DNA of 64,000 nt from an uncultured Verrucomicrobiae bacterium (GTDB taxonomy: Bacteria > Verrucomicrobiota > Verrucomicrobiia > Chthoniobacterales > Chthoniobacteraceae): NCBI GenBank assembly GCA_963828525.1, contig CAWHEP010000010.1:128001-192000 (forward strand), in the 5' to 3' direction. Under the pieces are notes generated by a model. That model saw nothing but the letters and a program-made list of their open reading frames with translations. It was not told where the DNA came from and made no database searches. Positions 48,979 through 58,451 of the stretch are shown in pieces (positions within the stretch are counted from its first letter, which is position 1; each line of letters opens with the position of its first letter). Position numbers and translations under genes: made by a program.

Positions 48979-50139
48979 ATGATTGAACGACCTTTTTGGT
49001 TGTGCCGGTTGAACGACGCGTGGGAACAGGCGCCCATTGTTTGGCTGACCGGCCCCCGTCGTATCGGCAAGACCGTGCTCGCCCGGAGCCTTCCCGATTC
49101 CGAATTCCTGAATTGCGATCTTCCAAGCGTCGCGGAGCGCCTCTCCGATCCGGAAAGCTTTTACAGATCCGTCGGAAAACCTGTCGTCGTCTTCGACGAG
49201 GTGCATCAGCTCCCCGATCCGAGCCGCGTGTTGAAGATCGGGGCGGACGGTTTTCCGAAATTGAGAATCCTGGCGACTGGCTCGTCCACGCTTGCGGCGA
49301 CTCAAAAGTTCCGCGACAGCCTTACAGGGCGCAAACGGGTCGTAGAGATTGTCCCCGTGTTGCACGAGGAGTTGCCGGCCTTTGGTGTCACCGATTTGCG
49401 GGATCGTCTGTTGCGTGGGGGGCTGCCTCCGGCCCTGCTTGCGCAAAGGCACGAGCCTGAGTTTTACGCGGAGTGGGTGGATTCCTACTTCGCGCGGGAC
49501 GTGCAGGAACTCTTTCGATTGGAGAAGCGCTCGGGATTTCTGCGGGTTCTGGAAATCCTGATGCGGCAAAGCGGAGGAATGCTGGATGTGACAAAGCTGG
49601 CGGCGGAGAGTCAGATCAGCAGGCCCACCGTCACCAACTGGCTGGAAGTATATCAGATCACGCATGTCATTCATTTGGTAAGACCGTTTTCCGCTGGGGG
49701 ACGTCGTGAGATCACCGCGCAACCGAAGGTGTTCGGATTCGACACCGGCATGGTGTGCCACACCCGTGGATGGGATCAATTGCGCGCCGAGGACTGCGGA
49801 GTGCTGTGGGAGCACCTTGTGCTCGATGCGATGATCGCCGCCGCCCTGCCAGCTATATATTTCTGGCGCGACAAACAACAGCGCGAGGTGGACTTCGTAG
49901 CCCCGCGCGGCCGTGATTCTGTGGATGCCATTGAATGCAAATGGCGTCCCGCTGCCTTTGAGACGCGCGGCCTCAAGGGGTTCCGCGAACAATATCCTAA
50001 GGGGAATAACTACGTCGTCTCCCCATTGAATTCCCCGGCATACGAAAAGATCATGGACGGACTGAAAGTGACGTTTGCAAGCCCCACCGAACTACGCAAC
50101 GCGCTCTCGAGATCTTCTACGCGGCCTGAGTTTGACTGA
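48979..50139 (+). CDS. AAA+ ATPase (AAA_14) with DUF4143 wHTH and PD-(D/E)XK-like C-terminus
   Basis: Walker A GPRRIGKT, Walker B VFDEVH, TGSS, GGLP, HTH-like segment, REVDFV..AIECK. Confidence 0.88.
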   Translation: MIERPFWLCRLNDAWEQAPIVWLTGPRRIGKTVLARSLPDSEFLNCDLPSVAERLSDPESFYRSVGKPVVVFDEVHQLPDPSRVLKIGADGFPKLRILATGSSTLAATQKFRDSLTGRKRVVEIVPVLHEELPAFGVTDLRDRLLRGGLPPALLAQRHEPEFYAEWVDSYFARDVQELFRLEKRSGFLRVLEILMRQSGGMLDVTKLAAESQISRPTVTNWLEVYQITHVIHLVRPFSAGGRREITAQPKVFGFDTGMVCHTRGWDQLRAEDCGVLWEHLVLDAMIAAALPAIYFWRDKQQREVDFVAPRGRDSVDAIECKWRPAAFETRGLKGFREQYPKGNNYVVSPLNSPAYEKIMDGLKVTFASPTELRNALSRSSTRPEFD

Positions 50140-50310
50140 AAGTGCTGCAAGGCTCGTTGCAGCGCGCCTTCCCTGCGTCTCTACGTCAAATTCCCTGCCT
50201 CTGCGTTTAAATGATCGTTTTCCCTTGCGCGTGGCCTCAAACGCGTCTAAATAGCGCCCTCCATTTTTTCATGCTTCCGTGGAATTCGAAGTGCTCTCCC
50301 CCTTTAGTAT

Positions 50311-50940
50311 ATGACCAAGCCAAAAAAAGATAAGGCAGCCGCCGCCAACGACATTAATGTCAGCCCCGCGCCCCGAGCAAAGGCTAACGGCGTGCCTCCT
50401 CCCTTTAAAATCGAGGAGGGCAACCACGACAGCACGGCCATTCTCGCTCACAAGAAGCACGACGACTCTGCCCTCACCCCCTTCCTCAAGAAACAGCAGG
50501 AACGCCTCCTCCAGTTGCGCGACGGGATGCTCGACTCCATGATGGGCGTGGCGAAGGATAACCTCCGCTCTCGCGCTGAGGGCAGCGAAGCCTCCGCCTT
50601 CGGCATGCACCAGGCCGATGCCGGCAGCGATGCCTATGACCGCGACTTCGCTCTCAGCCTTCTTTCCCAGGAGCAGGACGCGCTTTACGAGATCGATGAA
50701 GCGCTGAAGCGGGTTGACCTCGGCACCTACGGCGTTTGCGAGATGTCAGGCAAACCCATCCCTCATGCCCGCCTCGAAGCTATCCCGTTTGCCCGCCTCA
50801 CCGTCGAGTGCCAGTCCCAGATCGAAAAACAGCGGAAAATGACCCGCACGCGCCAGCCTGTCACGTCGCTCTTTGGATTGACAGACGATGAAGGGGGCGA
50901 TACCGAAGAGGAAGAAACGCCTCCAGACACCAAGGAATAA
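50311..50940 (+). CDS. DksA/TraR-family transcription factor with degenerate Zn finger
   Basis: HQADAGSD coiled-coil tip, [28 protein letters not shown]. Confidence 0.88.
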   Translation: MTKPKKDKAAAANDINVSPAPRAKANGVPPPFKIEEGNHDSTAILAHKKHDDSALTPFLKKQQERLLQLRDGMLDSMMGVAKDNLRSRAEGSEASAFGMHQADAGSDAYDRDFALSLLSQEQDALYEIDEALKRVDLGTYGVCEMSGKPIPHARLEAIPFARLTVECQSQIEKQRKMTRTRQPVTSLFGLTDDEGGDTEEEETPPDTKE

Positions 50941-50945
50941 ATATC

Positions 50946-51119
50946 ATGGCCAGAGAAAATGTTACACTGGAATGCACGGAAGCCAAAGCCGCTGGAGTCC
51001 CCGTCTCGCGCTATATCACCACGCGCAACAAGAAGAGCCCCAACACGCCGAACCGGCTCGAGAAGAAAAAGTATAACCCACACATGCGGCGTCATACCCT
51101 TCACCGCGAAATCAAGTAG
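50946..51119 (+). CDS. rpmG: 50S ribosomal protein L33
   Basis: Manual translation [12 protein letters not shown]...RYITTRNKK...[21 protein letters not shown] (57 aa; not in the ORF track). Confidence 0.95.
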   Translation: MARENVTLECTEAKAAGVPVSRYITTRNKKSPNTPNRLEKKKYNPHMRRHTLHREIK

Positions 51120-51121
51120 CC

Positions 51122-51361
51122 ATGGAACCGAAAACAGCCAAACGCCGCTCCGCCTTTCGCCGTGCCAACCGCATCATGCCTCGCAGGAGGATCGACATCT
51201 CTCTGGAGGCGATCGATTACAAAAATCCTGACCTTCTGAAAAAGTTCGTCACTGAGAGCGGCAAGATCCTGCCCCGTCGCGTCACCGGCATGCCCGCCCA
51301 CCTTCATCGCCGTATCACCCGCGAGATCAAGCGCAGCAGGTCCGTCCTGCTCATGAAGTAG
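51122..51361 (+). CDS. rpsR: 30S ribosomal protein S18
   Basis: [24 protein letters not shown]. Confidence 0.96.
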   Translation: MEPKTAKRRSAFRRANRIMPRRRIDISLEAIDYKNPDLLKKFVTESGKILPRRVTGMPAHLHRRITREIKRSRSVLLMK

Positions 51362-51399
51362 GGTCGGAGTCTTCCCGCGGGAAGAGAACCGCGTCAGCC

Positions 51400-52296
51400 G
51401 TGCGCGAAGAAATTGAGGAATTCATTCTCTTCCTCGCGACCGAGCGTGGGCTCTCGGACAGTTATCAGCTTTCCACACGGCGCTCTCTTGAAAATTTTGC
51501 CGATTGGCTTTCGCGGGCCCGGCAGATCGTCGAACCTCGCGCCGTCACCCTGGAAACCATCGGGGACTACCTTGCGGATTGCAAAAAGAGCGGCCTGGCT
51601 GCCGCCTCGATCAAGCTGATCGTCATTGCTCTTAAGATTTTCTTCCGCTTTCTGTTGGCGCGTCAAAAGATCGAGACCAGTCCCGCTGAAATCCTCCCCC
51701 TGCCTCGCATCGAGCGCTACCTGCCGCGGACGCTGAATGAAATCCAGGTCGAAGCCCTCCTCGCCGCGGCGGTCACAAACCACCAGCTCGGCTTCCGCAA
51801 CCGGGCGATCCTCGAACTTCTATACGCAAGCGGTCTCCGAATCTCAGAACTCACCAATGCGCGCATGGAGAACCTCAACCTCGATGACCGGGTCATCCGC
51901 GTCACAGGGAAGGGCAATAAGACGCGCATCGTTCCCGTTGGTCGCAAAGCATGCGACGCCATCAACGCCTACCTCGAGAAAGAACGTCCCGGCCTTGTGC
52001 GTCCTCGCACAACCAGCCACCTGTTTCTGTCCATTCGCGGCGGCAAACTTACCACCGTTCGCGTTTGGCAGATCGTCCGCAAGATCGCCCGCCTCGCGAG
52101 CCTGGACGTTCATCCCCACCTCCTCCGTCACTCCTTTGCCACCCACCTTCTTTCAAATGGCGCGGACCTTCGGGTCATCCAGGAAATGCTTGGCCACGCC
52201 GACATTTCCACCACCCAAATCTATACCCATGTGGATCAGAACAGGCTCAAGGCCGTTCATCATAAGTTTCACCCCCGGGGCCAGTCGAGAAACTGA
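51400..52296 (+). CDS. xerD: Site-specific tyrosine recombinase XerD-like
   Basis: LYASGLRISE, GKGNKTR, HLLRHSFATHLL, LGH..TTQIYTHV. Confidence 0.85.
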   Translation: MREEIEEFILFLATERGLSDSYQLSTRRSLENFADWLSRARQIVEPRAVTLETIGDYLADCKKSGLAAASIKLIVIALKIFFRFLLARQKIETSPAEILPLPRIERYLPRTLNEIQVEALLAAAVTNHQLGFRNRAILELLYASGLRISELTNARMENLNLDDRVIRVTGKGNKTRIVPVGRKACDAINAYLEKERPGLVRPRTTSHLFLSIRGGKLTTVRVWQIVRKIARLASLDVHPHLLRHSFATHLLSNGADLRVIQEMLGHADISTTQIYTHVDQNRLKAVHHKFHPRGQSRN

Positions 52297-52335
52297 GATA
52301 TGTCCCGCCGCCGTCTGTGACGACGCCGTTTTCCT

Positions 52336-53152
52336 TTACTGCCCCGGCGCTTCCAGCCGCTTTAACGTCATCGCTTCCATCCGGTCGATGCGCCCCTTTA
52401 AATTTCCGTCCAACTCGCGCATCTTTCCGTATAGCGCTTTGTAGTACGCCCTGGACGCCTTTCGCTGGTCTTCCACTGTCTCAGCCGCGTCTGCCTTATC
52501 CCTCATCGCCTGGATTTTCTGGTCTCCCATCGCCTTTGTCTTGATGTCATTGTACTGCGCTCGCTCTTTGGCATCCTGATCCGCGAGGGAAACTTCCTGC
52601 TTCGGACTCTCCGAGGGCGCCGGCACGAAAGGATTTTGCTCGTTCAGCGGTGAATGCGCCACCCCGTCCCCCTGCGTCTTTTCACTAGCTTTTTGCCGCT
52701 GGGCTCTCTCCTGGCGCCGGACTGGGGGCGGCATGTGGATGATGGCGGCGCCAGCTCCGCGATTTCGGCTTTGGCGTCGCCGCCGGTGTTTCCTGACCCG
52801 CCGGAGACGCGGAGGGAGTCACCGTGGGCTCCGGCTTCGCATGCCCCTTCCCCTTTGCTTTAGGCGTGGGAGACGGCTCAGGCGTGACTTCCGGGCTTGG
52901 CGAGGGAGACACAGCCGCTCCTGTTACGTGTTTGTGCTTCCGGCTCCTTTTCGAGCGCGATGGGGTGGCAGAGGGCGCGGGCGTCACTGCCGCAGTGGGA
53001 GAAGGTTGCGCCTTCCCTCCGAACAACCGATGCGCGAGCGTGTCTCTTTTTCTCACAACCGGCGTTGCGCCTGGCGTCGGCGCGGCGTCCTGGCCGGAAG
53101 CTGCCGCGTTGAGCCAGATGGCGAGCAAGGGAAGAATTAGCGCTTTTTTCAT
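52336..53152 (-). CDS. Secreted Pro/Ala/Lys-rich hypothetical protein, split by an extra base in the T-run 52690-52694
   Basis: Signal peptide and low-complexity TP/SP linker; removing one A joins the 155-aa and 132-aa ORFs (SPAAKASEK). Confidence 0.65.
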
Positions 53153-53245
53153 ACGGGCCGGATCATGTTCAGCTTGTTATCATACCCTTCCTCTGTCGAT
53201 ATTTAAAGCCTGTCAGAGCCTCCGCGCCGAATTCGCTATCAGATT

Positions 53246-53797
53246 ATGGAAAGCAAGCCCGTCCCCACCGTAAACCGAGGTTTTCTGCCCTTGGCCCTTG
53301 CCGCGGGGGCCCTTCTCGCCCCTTTCTTCCTGCCTCGCAAGTTCAGAGTGGCGCGGCGCGTCCTCATCCGCGCCGGATGTTCCGATATCTTCCCTCTCCT
53401 CAACGATCTGCGCAACTGGGAGCAATGGACCGAGTGGTCTCGCCAGCCCCATGTCTCCGTCTCCTATGAAGGTGTCTCTTCCGGAGTGGGCGCCACCAGG
53501 CAATGGCGGGCCGGTCGCATGCACGGCGTAATGCGCATAGTCCAGAGTGTCCCCGGCGAGCAGGTCGCGTATCACCTCGATCTCGGCTATGGGAAACACC
53601 AGGTCGACGGAATCATTAGTCTGGAACCCTTTGGCGAGATGACCCGCGTCACCTGGTTTTGCGCCTGGCGCGCCGCCCGAAATCCGTATTCCCGCTACTA
53701 CGATCTATTCATGAAGTTCCGCATTGGTGGGAATTTTGATGCCAGCCTTCAGAATCTTAGGGCGCTGGCTGAGGAACAAACCACCCTTCTCCCTTGA
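53246..53797 (+). CDS. SRPBCC (polyketide cyclase/dehydrase-like) protein
   Basis: FRVARRVLI, NDLRNWEQW.EW, GVGA..W, C-terminal LQNLR helix. Confidence 0.8.
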   Translation: MESKPVPTVNRGFLPLALAAGALLAPFFLPRKFRVARRVLIRAGCSDIFPLLNDLRNWEQWTEWSRQPHVSVSYEGVSSGVGATRQWRAGRMHGVMRIVQSVPGEQVAYHLDLGYGKHQVDGIISLEPFGEMTRVTWFCAWRAARNPYSRYYDLFMKFRIGGNFDASLQNLRALAEEQTTLLP

Positions 53798-53848
53798 GGC
53801 CCGCGGCCTTCCGCCAGCAACGCCGCTTGGGACAGTTCTCTCGCTGAG

Positions 53849-54997
53849 GTGAATCTCCCATCGTCACGGCCCGCGGAGGAGCTTCATCGGTTCTGGGCCG
53901 AGATTGACCATGACGCCCTGCGCCACAATGCCGCTGTCGTGCGCCGGCACATCGGCCCCGCCCCGCGCGTCATGGCAGTCGTAAAGGCCGACGCCTACGG
54001 CCACGGGATGGTGGAGGTCGCCGCCACGCTTCAATCTGACGCCGCCATGTTTGGCGTCGCCAATATCGCCGAGGCGCGTCTTCTCCGCTCTGCCCTTCCG
54101 GATGCCGCCATCTTTCTCCTGGGGCCTGCCCTGTCCCATGAACGCGAAGAGATTGTCCGTTCCTCCTGCATCGCGCCCGTCTCTTCTTTCGAGGAAGCGC
54201 TCGCCTACTCCCGGGTAACCTCGCAGGGCAGGATACAGCTCCACCTGGCCGTCGATACTGGCATGGGCCGCATAGGAGCCTGGCAGGAGGACGCCCTCGA
54301 GACGGCCCTTCAGATTTCCCGTCTTCCCGGCGTTGAACTCGCAGGCATTGGCAGTCACCTCCCAGTAGCAGATGAGGACGAGACTTTCACAAAGGAGCAG
54401 TTGGCCCGCTTCGAGAATCTCGTCCAAAGTCTCCATTCTGCCGGGATTGTTGCTCCCCTGGTACACACCCTGAACAGCGCCGGCATCATCCTGTTTCCTC
54501 AAAAGGCTGCCAGCCTGGTTCGCGCGGGACTCATGCTGTATGGAGCCTCGCCTGTCCCGGAGTTTCAACTCCATCTTCGCCCCGTTCTCTCATTGAAGAC
54601 GAGAGTCACCCTCGTCCGGCCCATGGAAGCGGGGCGCGGCGTCAGCTATGGCAGGACCTTCATCACCACCGGACGCGCCTTGGTCGGCACGCTCGCGGTC
54701 GGCTACGCCGATGGCTACCAGCGCCACCTCTCGAACAAAGGCGCGGACGTTCTCATCCGGGGCCGGCGTTGTCCCGTCCTTGGCCGTGTCACCATGGACC
54801 AGATCATGGTGGATCTCACATCTCTCCCCGATGTCACCGCCGGTGAAGAGGCCGTCCTCCTGGGACAGCAAGGCGCGGAGGAGATCACCGTCGCGGAACT
54901 CGCCGGGAAAGCGGGCACAATCCCATGGGAAATCTTCACAGGCATCGGCAGGCGCGCCGAGCGAATCCACCTGCGCAACGCGGCGAAGCCCAGGTAG
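53849..54997 (+). CDS. alr: Alanine racemase
   Basis: VVKADAYGHG, DTGMGRIG, VSYG, GYADG, GRVTMDQ. Confidence 0.96.
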   Translation: MNLPSSRPAEELHRFWAEIDHDALRHNAAVVRRHIGPAPRVMAVVKADAYGHGMVEVAATLQSDAAMFGVANIAEARLLRSALPDAAIFLLGPALSHEREEIVRSSCIAPVSSFEEALAYSRVTSQGRIQLHLAVDTGMGRIGAWQEDALETALQISRLPGVELAGIGSHLPVADEDETFTKEQLARFENLVQSLHSAGIVAPLVHTLNSAGIILFPQKAASLVRAGLMLYGASPVPEFQLHLRPVLSLKTRVTLVRPMEAGRGVSYGRTFITTGRALVGTLAVGYADGYQRHLSNKGADVLIRGRRCPVLGRVTMDQIMVDLTSLPDVTAGEEAVLLGQQGAEEITVAELAGKAGTIPWEIFTGIGRRAERIHLRNAAKPR

Positions 54998-55092
54998 GCG
55001 GCTCGCCAGATCATACAGCCACAACCCACCCCGTCCCCCAGCACGAATTCATTTACATGCTGGTACCTCTCTTATAAGAGGAACCTCAGCGA

Positions 55093-55452
55093 ATGTTTCA
55101 AATCGTCTTCAATGAACTAAGCGCCGCCGAGATGGCTCGCCTCCCCAAGGATCTGCAACTCGACCTGCTTGCCGAGTTTCAGGTCATGCCCGATGACGAT
55201 TCCCTCAACTCCGACCGCTTCGGCAAAATTGAGCGCGAAGGCAAAACCCTTTACCGCTATCGCGCGAAAGACTACCGCATTTATTTCGAGCGCAGCGCGG
55301 ACGGGATCATCGTCCACCGCGTCCTGCATAAAAATACCATCCGCGATTTCCTCTTCCGTACAAAACTTCCCATGGCGGAGGATGATCAACTCGGCAAGAC
55401 GGGCGCTTTCTGGAAATTGATCGAGGAAGGCGAGGAAGCCGGTAAGAAGTGA
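55093..55452 (+). CDS. RelE/ParE-fold protein (orphan)
   Basis: FQIVF..A..M..LP, LYRYRAKDYRIYF, IVHRVLH. Confidence 0.7.
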   Translation: MFQIVFNELSAAEMARLPKDLQLDLLAEFQVMPDDDSLNSDRFGKIEREGKTLYRYRAKDYRIYFERSADGIIVHRVLHKNTIRDFLFRTKLPMAEDDQLGKTGAFWKLIEEGEEAGKK

Positions 55453-56636
55453 TGGTAACCGGCGAAGCTCCATCCTTCATCCAGGCAAACGTCCTGGATG
55501 AATCCAGACGGAGGGAGATGTTTCCCGTCTGCGCTCGCAAGATATTCCTCAGCCACGCCGCCGTCACCGCGCTCCCTCTTCCGGTTGCGCGGGCGATGAC
55601 CGATTACATCCAGGTTTCCTGCGAGAACCCTCAGGAATTTGAGGACGTCCTCAGGGCAATTGCCGATTGCCGTAAACTCGCGGCGGAGTTCATACACGGC
55701 CATGCGGATGAGATCGCTCTTCTCGGTCCCACTTCTCTCGGCCTCAGTCTCTTCGCGAACGGGATCCCCTGGCGCCAGGGAGACGAGATTCTCTGTTACC
55801 TCGGCGACTATCCGGCCAATGTCTATCCGTGGATTGATCTCCGCCGCCGCGGAGTCACAGTGAAGTATCTCGCGCCGCGCAACCCCGGCGAGATTACACC
55901 CGAGCTCGTTTCTGACGCGCTGTCACCCCGCACAAGGCTGGTCGCGCTGGCCTCCTGTAATTTCCTCACCGGTTTCCGCATCGACATAGACGCAATCGGT
56001 TCGCTTTTAGGCGAGAAAGGCGTCCTCTTTTCCCTGGATGCGATTCAAACTCTTGGAGCGTTTCCTGTCTCGGTGAAGCATGTGGATTTCCTCAGCGCGG
56101 ACGCCCATAAATGGATGCTGGGTCCTCTCGCCATTGGCATCGTCTATGTTAAGAAGGAACGCTTCGATCTGCTCCGCCCTACTCTTCTCGGAGCCTGGAA
56201 TATCGAGTCCCCGAACTTCATTACCCAGGACAAAGTCGAGTTTGTAAAGACCGCCCGCCGTTACGAGCCGGGCGCCCTCAACGTCGCTGGCATATATGGA
56301 ATGCATGCCGCTATCAGCATGTTGATGGATGCCGGTCCCGACGCCGTCGCCGCCCGCATCGTTGATCTGCAAACGCGCCTCGTCGAAAACCTTGGCTCCC
56401 TCGGTTTTCAAATACTCTCACCGCAGGGCGCCACGAACGGCTCCGGCATTGTTACGTTTTCTCACCCCCGAGAGTCGATGTCCTCTCTGTTCCGGACACT
56501 CGAAAAGAACGGCGTGTCAGCGTCGCTCCGGTTCGACAGCGGGGGCGCCGAGTTCATCCGGCTGAGTCCTCACTTTTACAACACCACTGCCGAACTCGAT
56601 CAGGTGGTGGATTTGCTGAAAATAGCGCTGGGTTGA
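55449..56636 (+). CDS. Aminotransferase class V PLP enzyme (desulfurase/lyase-like)
   Basis: LSHAA, DAIQTLG, AHKWMLGP, IRLSPHFYN. Confidence 0.88.
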   Translation: MMVTGEAPSFIQANVLDESRRREMFPVCARKIFLSHAAVTALPLPVARAMTDYIQVSCENPQEFEDVLRAIADCRKLAAEFIHGHADEIALLGPTSLGLSLFANGIPWRQGDEILCYLGDYPANVYPWIDLRRRGVTVKYLAPRNPGEITPELVSDALSPRTRLVALASCNFLTGFRIDIDAIGSLLGEKGVLFSLDAIQTLGAFPVSVKHVDFLSADAHKWMLGPLAIGIVYVKKERFDLLRPTLLGAWNIESPNFITQDKVEFVKTARRYEPGALNVAGIYGMHAAISMLMDAGPDAVAARIVDLQTRLVENLGSLGFQILSPQGATNGSGIVTFSHPRESMSSLFRTLEKNGVSASLRFDSGGAEFIRLSPHFYNTTAELDQVVDLLKIALG

Positions 56637-56642
56637 ATTGCG

Positions 56643-58412
56643 GTGGACGCGCCCGGAAGTCCACGTCCGTCCCCCGCTCGCGGCCGACGCTCCTCACTGG
56701 AGTTCCTGGCGCCGCTCTGCCTCATCGCTTCAACCACGGTCTTTCTCGCGCTCTACTTCAGCGCAATGGCGCGCAGCTCCATGTGGACCGATGAACTCGG
56801 AGCCATCAAATACTTCATCGCCCGCGGCCCACTCGCTGTCATCACCGATTACTCCATCCCTCGCAATCACATCCTTTTCAGCCTCCTCAATTCTCTGCTG
56901 CCGGGCAGTGCCCTCATCAACCCTCTCCGCGCTCGCGTTCTCTCGTACCTATTCGCGTGCATCACAGGTGGCGGCATCCTTTGGTTCTTTGTGGCCAGGC
57001 GGCGCCTGGTTGAAGGAGCTGTCCTGTTTTGTGTTTGGGGCATGAACGGAGGTCTCATCGAACTCAGTCTGCAGGCTCGCGGCTACGGCTTGCTCTGCAT
57101 GCTGGCATTCTTCATGTGTGTCTTCGCGCTCCGCTACCTGGAGCAGACGGGCCGCCGCTCTTACTGGCTTCTCTCCGCATCCGCCGTTGCTGGCATCTAC
57201 ACCATTCCCCTTTTCGCTCTTTTCGCCGCTCCCCTTCTCCTCTTCTTGTGCGTCCAAAAGCGCGATCTTCGCGCCTTCCTCATCGCCGTTCTCTCCGCGC
57301 TCATCACCGCTGTCCTATACGCTCCCGTCGCGCGGCAGCTCTTCATCGCCACCACCACCTATAGCCAGCGATACGGTCAATTTTACGGCTCGATCTCAGC
57401 GGTGGCTGACACCTTCCGCTCCTTCGTCTCTCCTTTCCCGGATTGGGCAATCCTTCTTGTCATTCTCGCTGTTGCCATCCTCCCATTCGCCGCGCGATTC
57501 GATTCTCCCGCGCAACGCGGGGCGGCCCGCTCGCTCGTCGCCTCCGTTTTCATCTTCCTGATTCTCTGCCTCTTCATGACCACGCCGCCCGTGCGGACAA
57601 CATGCTTCATCACGCTTCCCCTCGCCTTTTCTTCCGTGCTCTGCATGGCTCCCCTTTTACGATTACCGCGGGCGCGGTTTGTCGCCGCGGCGCTTTGCCT
57701 GTGCGCGACGGCCTGCGCGTGGATTGGCATCCGCGATTTCCACTTCACCCCTTACGAGGACTGGGCCGCCGCCACCGATTTCGTTCAGACGATGTTCCCG
57801 CCGCGATCCCTCATTGACTTTTCTCACAATGCCGACGGCCTCACCTACTACATCGACCAGGATCATTACCGCCTCTACTGCAGCCCTCAAAAAATCACCA
57901 TCCCGGAGCTCTTTGCGAAAGGGGAGATGCCTGTTGTCGAGGCGGATTGGAAGGGTTATCCACGTGAATTCGCGGGGGGCTCTTTCTCCGCCTTGGCCCT
58001 ACATGCCACCGCGCCGGGCAAGATCCGGGACATTACTGTCAACTTCGCGGTTCCCAGAAACGCCTTCGTCTCCTCCATCAACACCATCAACGGCCAGCAG
58101 ATCGGTTCAAATCATCTCTGGAAGCCCTGGCAGGCCGACAAACAGTCCCTCCTCTTCCATTTAAAACCCGGTGCGCGCTACCACTCCCTTAATCTCCTTG
58201 TCGCCTCTGATCCCGCCACTCTGCGCCCCCTTATCAGTTCCGGCGCAACCGAATCGCATACGCCTTCCGCTCCTCGTTGGTGTTTCCTCGGTCACGTCGT
58301 GACCCTTTCTCTCGGGGACGCAACCGCCACTTCCGTGCTCTTCGACCCGGGCCCCGCTCCCGCCAACATCCTCGAAGCATGGATCCAGCCCTATGCAGAC
58401 CAAACCAGGTAG
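56643..58412 (+). CDS. GT-C (ArnT/PMT-like) membrane glycosyltransferase
   Basis: MWTDE acidic loop motif, NHILFS, QARGYG, many TM segments. Confidence 0.7.
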   Translation: MDAPGSPRPSPARGRRSSLEFLAPLCLIASTTVFLALYFSAMARSSMWTDELGAIKYFIARGPLAVITDYSIPRNHILFSLLNSLLPGSALINPLRARVLSYLFACITGGGILWFFVARRRLVEGAVLFCVWGMNGGLIELSLQARGYGLLCMLAFFMCVFALRYLEQTGRRSYWLLSASAVAGIYTIPLFALFAAPLLLFLCVQKRDLRAFLIAVLSALITAVLYAPVARQLFIATTTYSQRYGQFYGSISAVADTFRSFVSPFPDWAILLVILAVAILPFAARFDSPAQRGAARSLVASVFIFLILCLFMTTPPVRTTCFITLPLAFSSVLCMAPLLRLPRARFVAAALCLCATACAWIGIRDFHFTPYEDWAAATDFVQTMFPPRSLIDFSHNADGLTYYIDQDHYRLYCSPQKITIPELFAKGEMPVVEADWKGYPREFAGGSFSALALHATAPGKIRDITVNFAVPRNAFVSSINTINGQQIGSNHLWKPWQADKQSLLFHLKPGARYHSLNLLVASDPATLRPLISSGATESHTPSAPRWCFLGHVVTLSLGDATATSVLFDPGPAPANILEAWIQPYADQTR

Positions 58413-58451
58413 GGAATCCTCGCTGAGGCGTCGTCCCCTCTAAACGCGCCT

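Noticed and set aside
48913..49992. Long antisense ORFs (359 aa here; also 33789-34985, 14495-15439 and others)
   Set aside because: Shadow frames of well-supported genes in GC-rich DNA, with no recognisable motifs.
50170..50212. CTGCGTCTCTACGTC/CTCTGCGTTTAAA motifs (similar at about 38640) as a REP-like family
   Set aside because: Too short and degenerate to support without a genome-wide count.
51370..51385. 16-bp palindrome TCTTCCCGCGGGAAGA before xerD as a dif-like site
   Set aside because: It is GC-rich and unlike dif; more likely a hairpin ending the rpsR transcript.
51400..52296. Tyrosine recombinase as a prophage or island integrase
   Set aside because: About 300 aa with XerD-typical motifs among housekeeping genes; no att repeats, tRNA or cargo seen.
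52740..53100. Repetitive-looking stretch as a tandem repeat or CRISPR
   Set aside because: Explained by a Pro/Thr/Ala low-complexity coding linker; no constant repeat-spacer period. No CRISPR array, tRNA or rRNA was recognised anywhere in the window.
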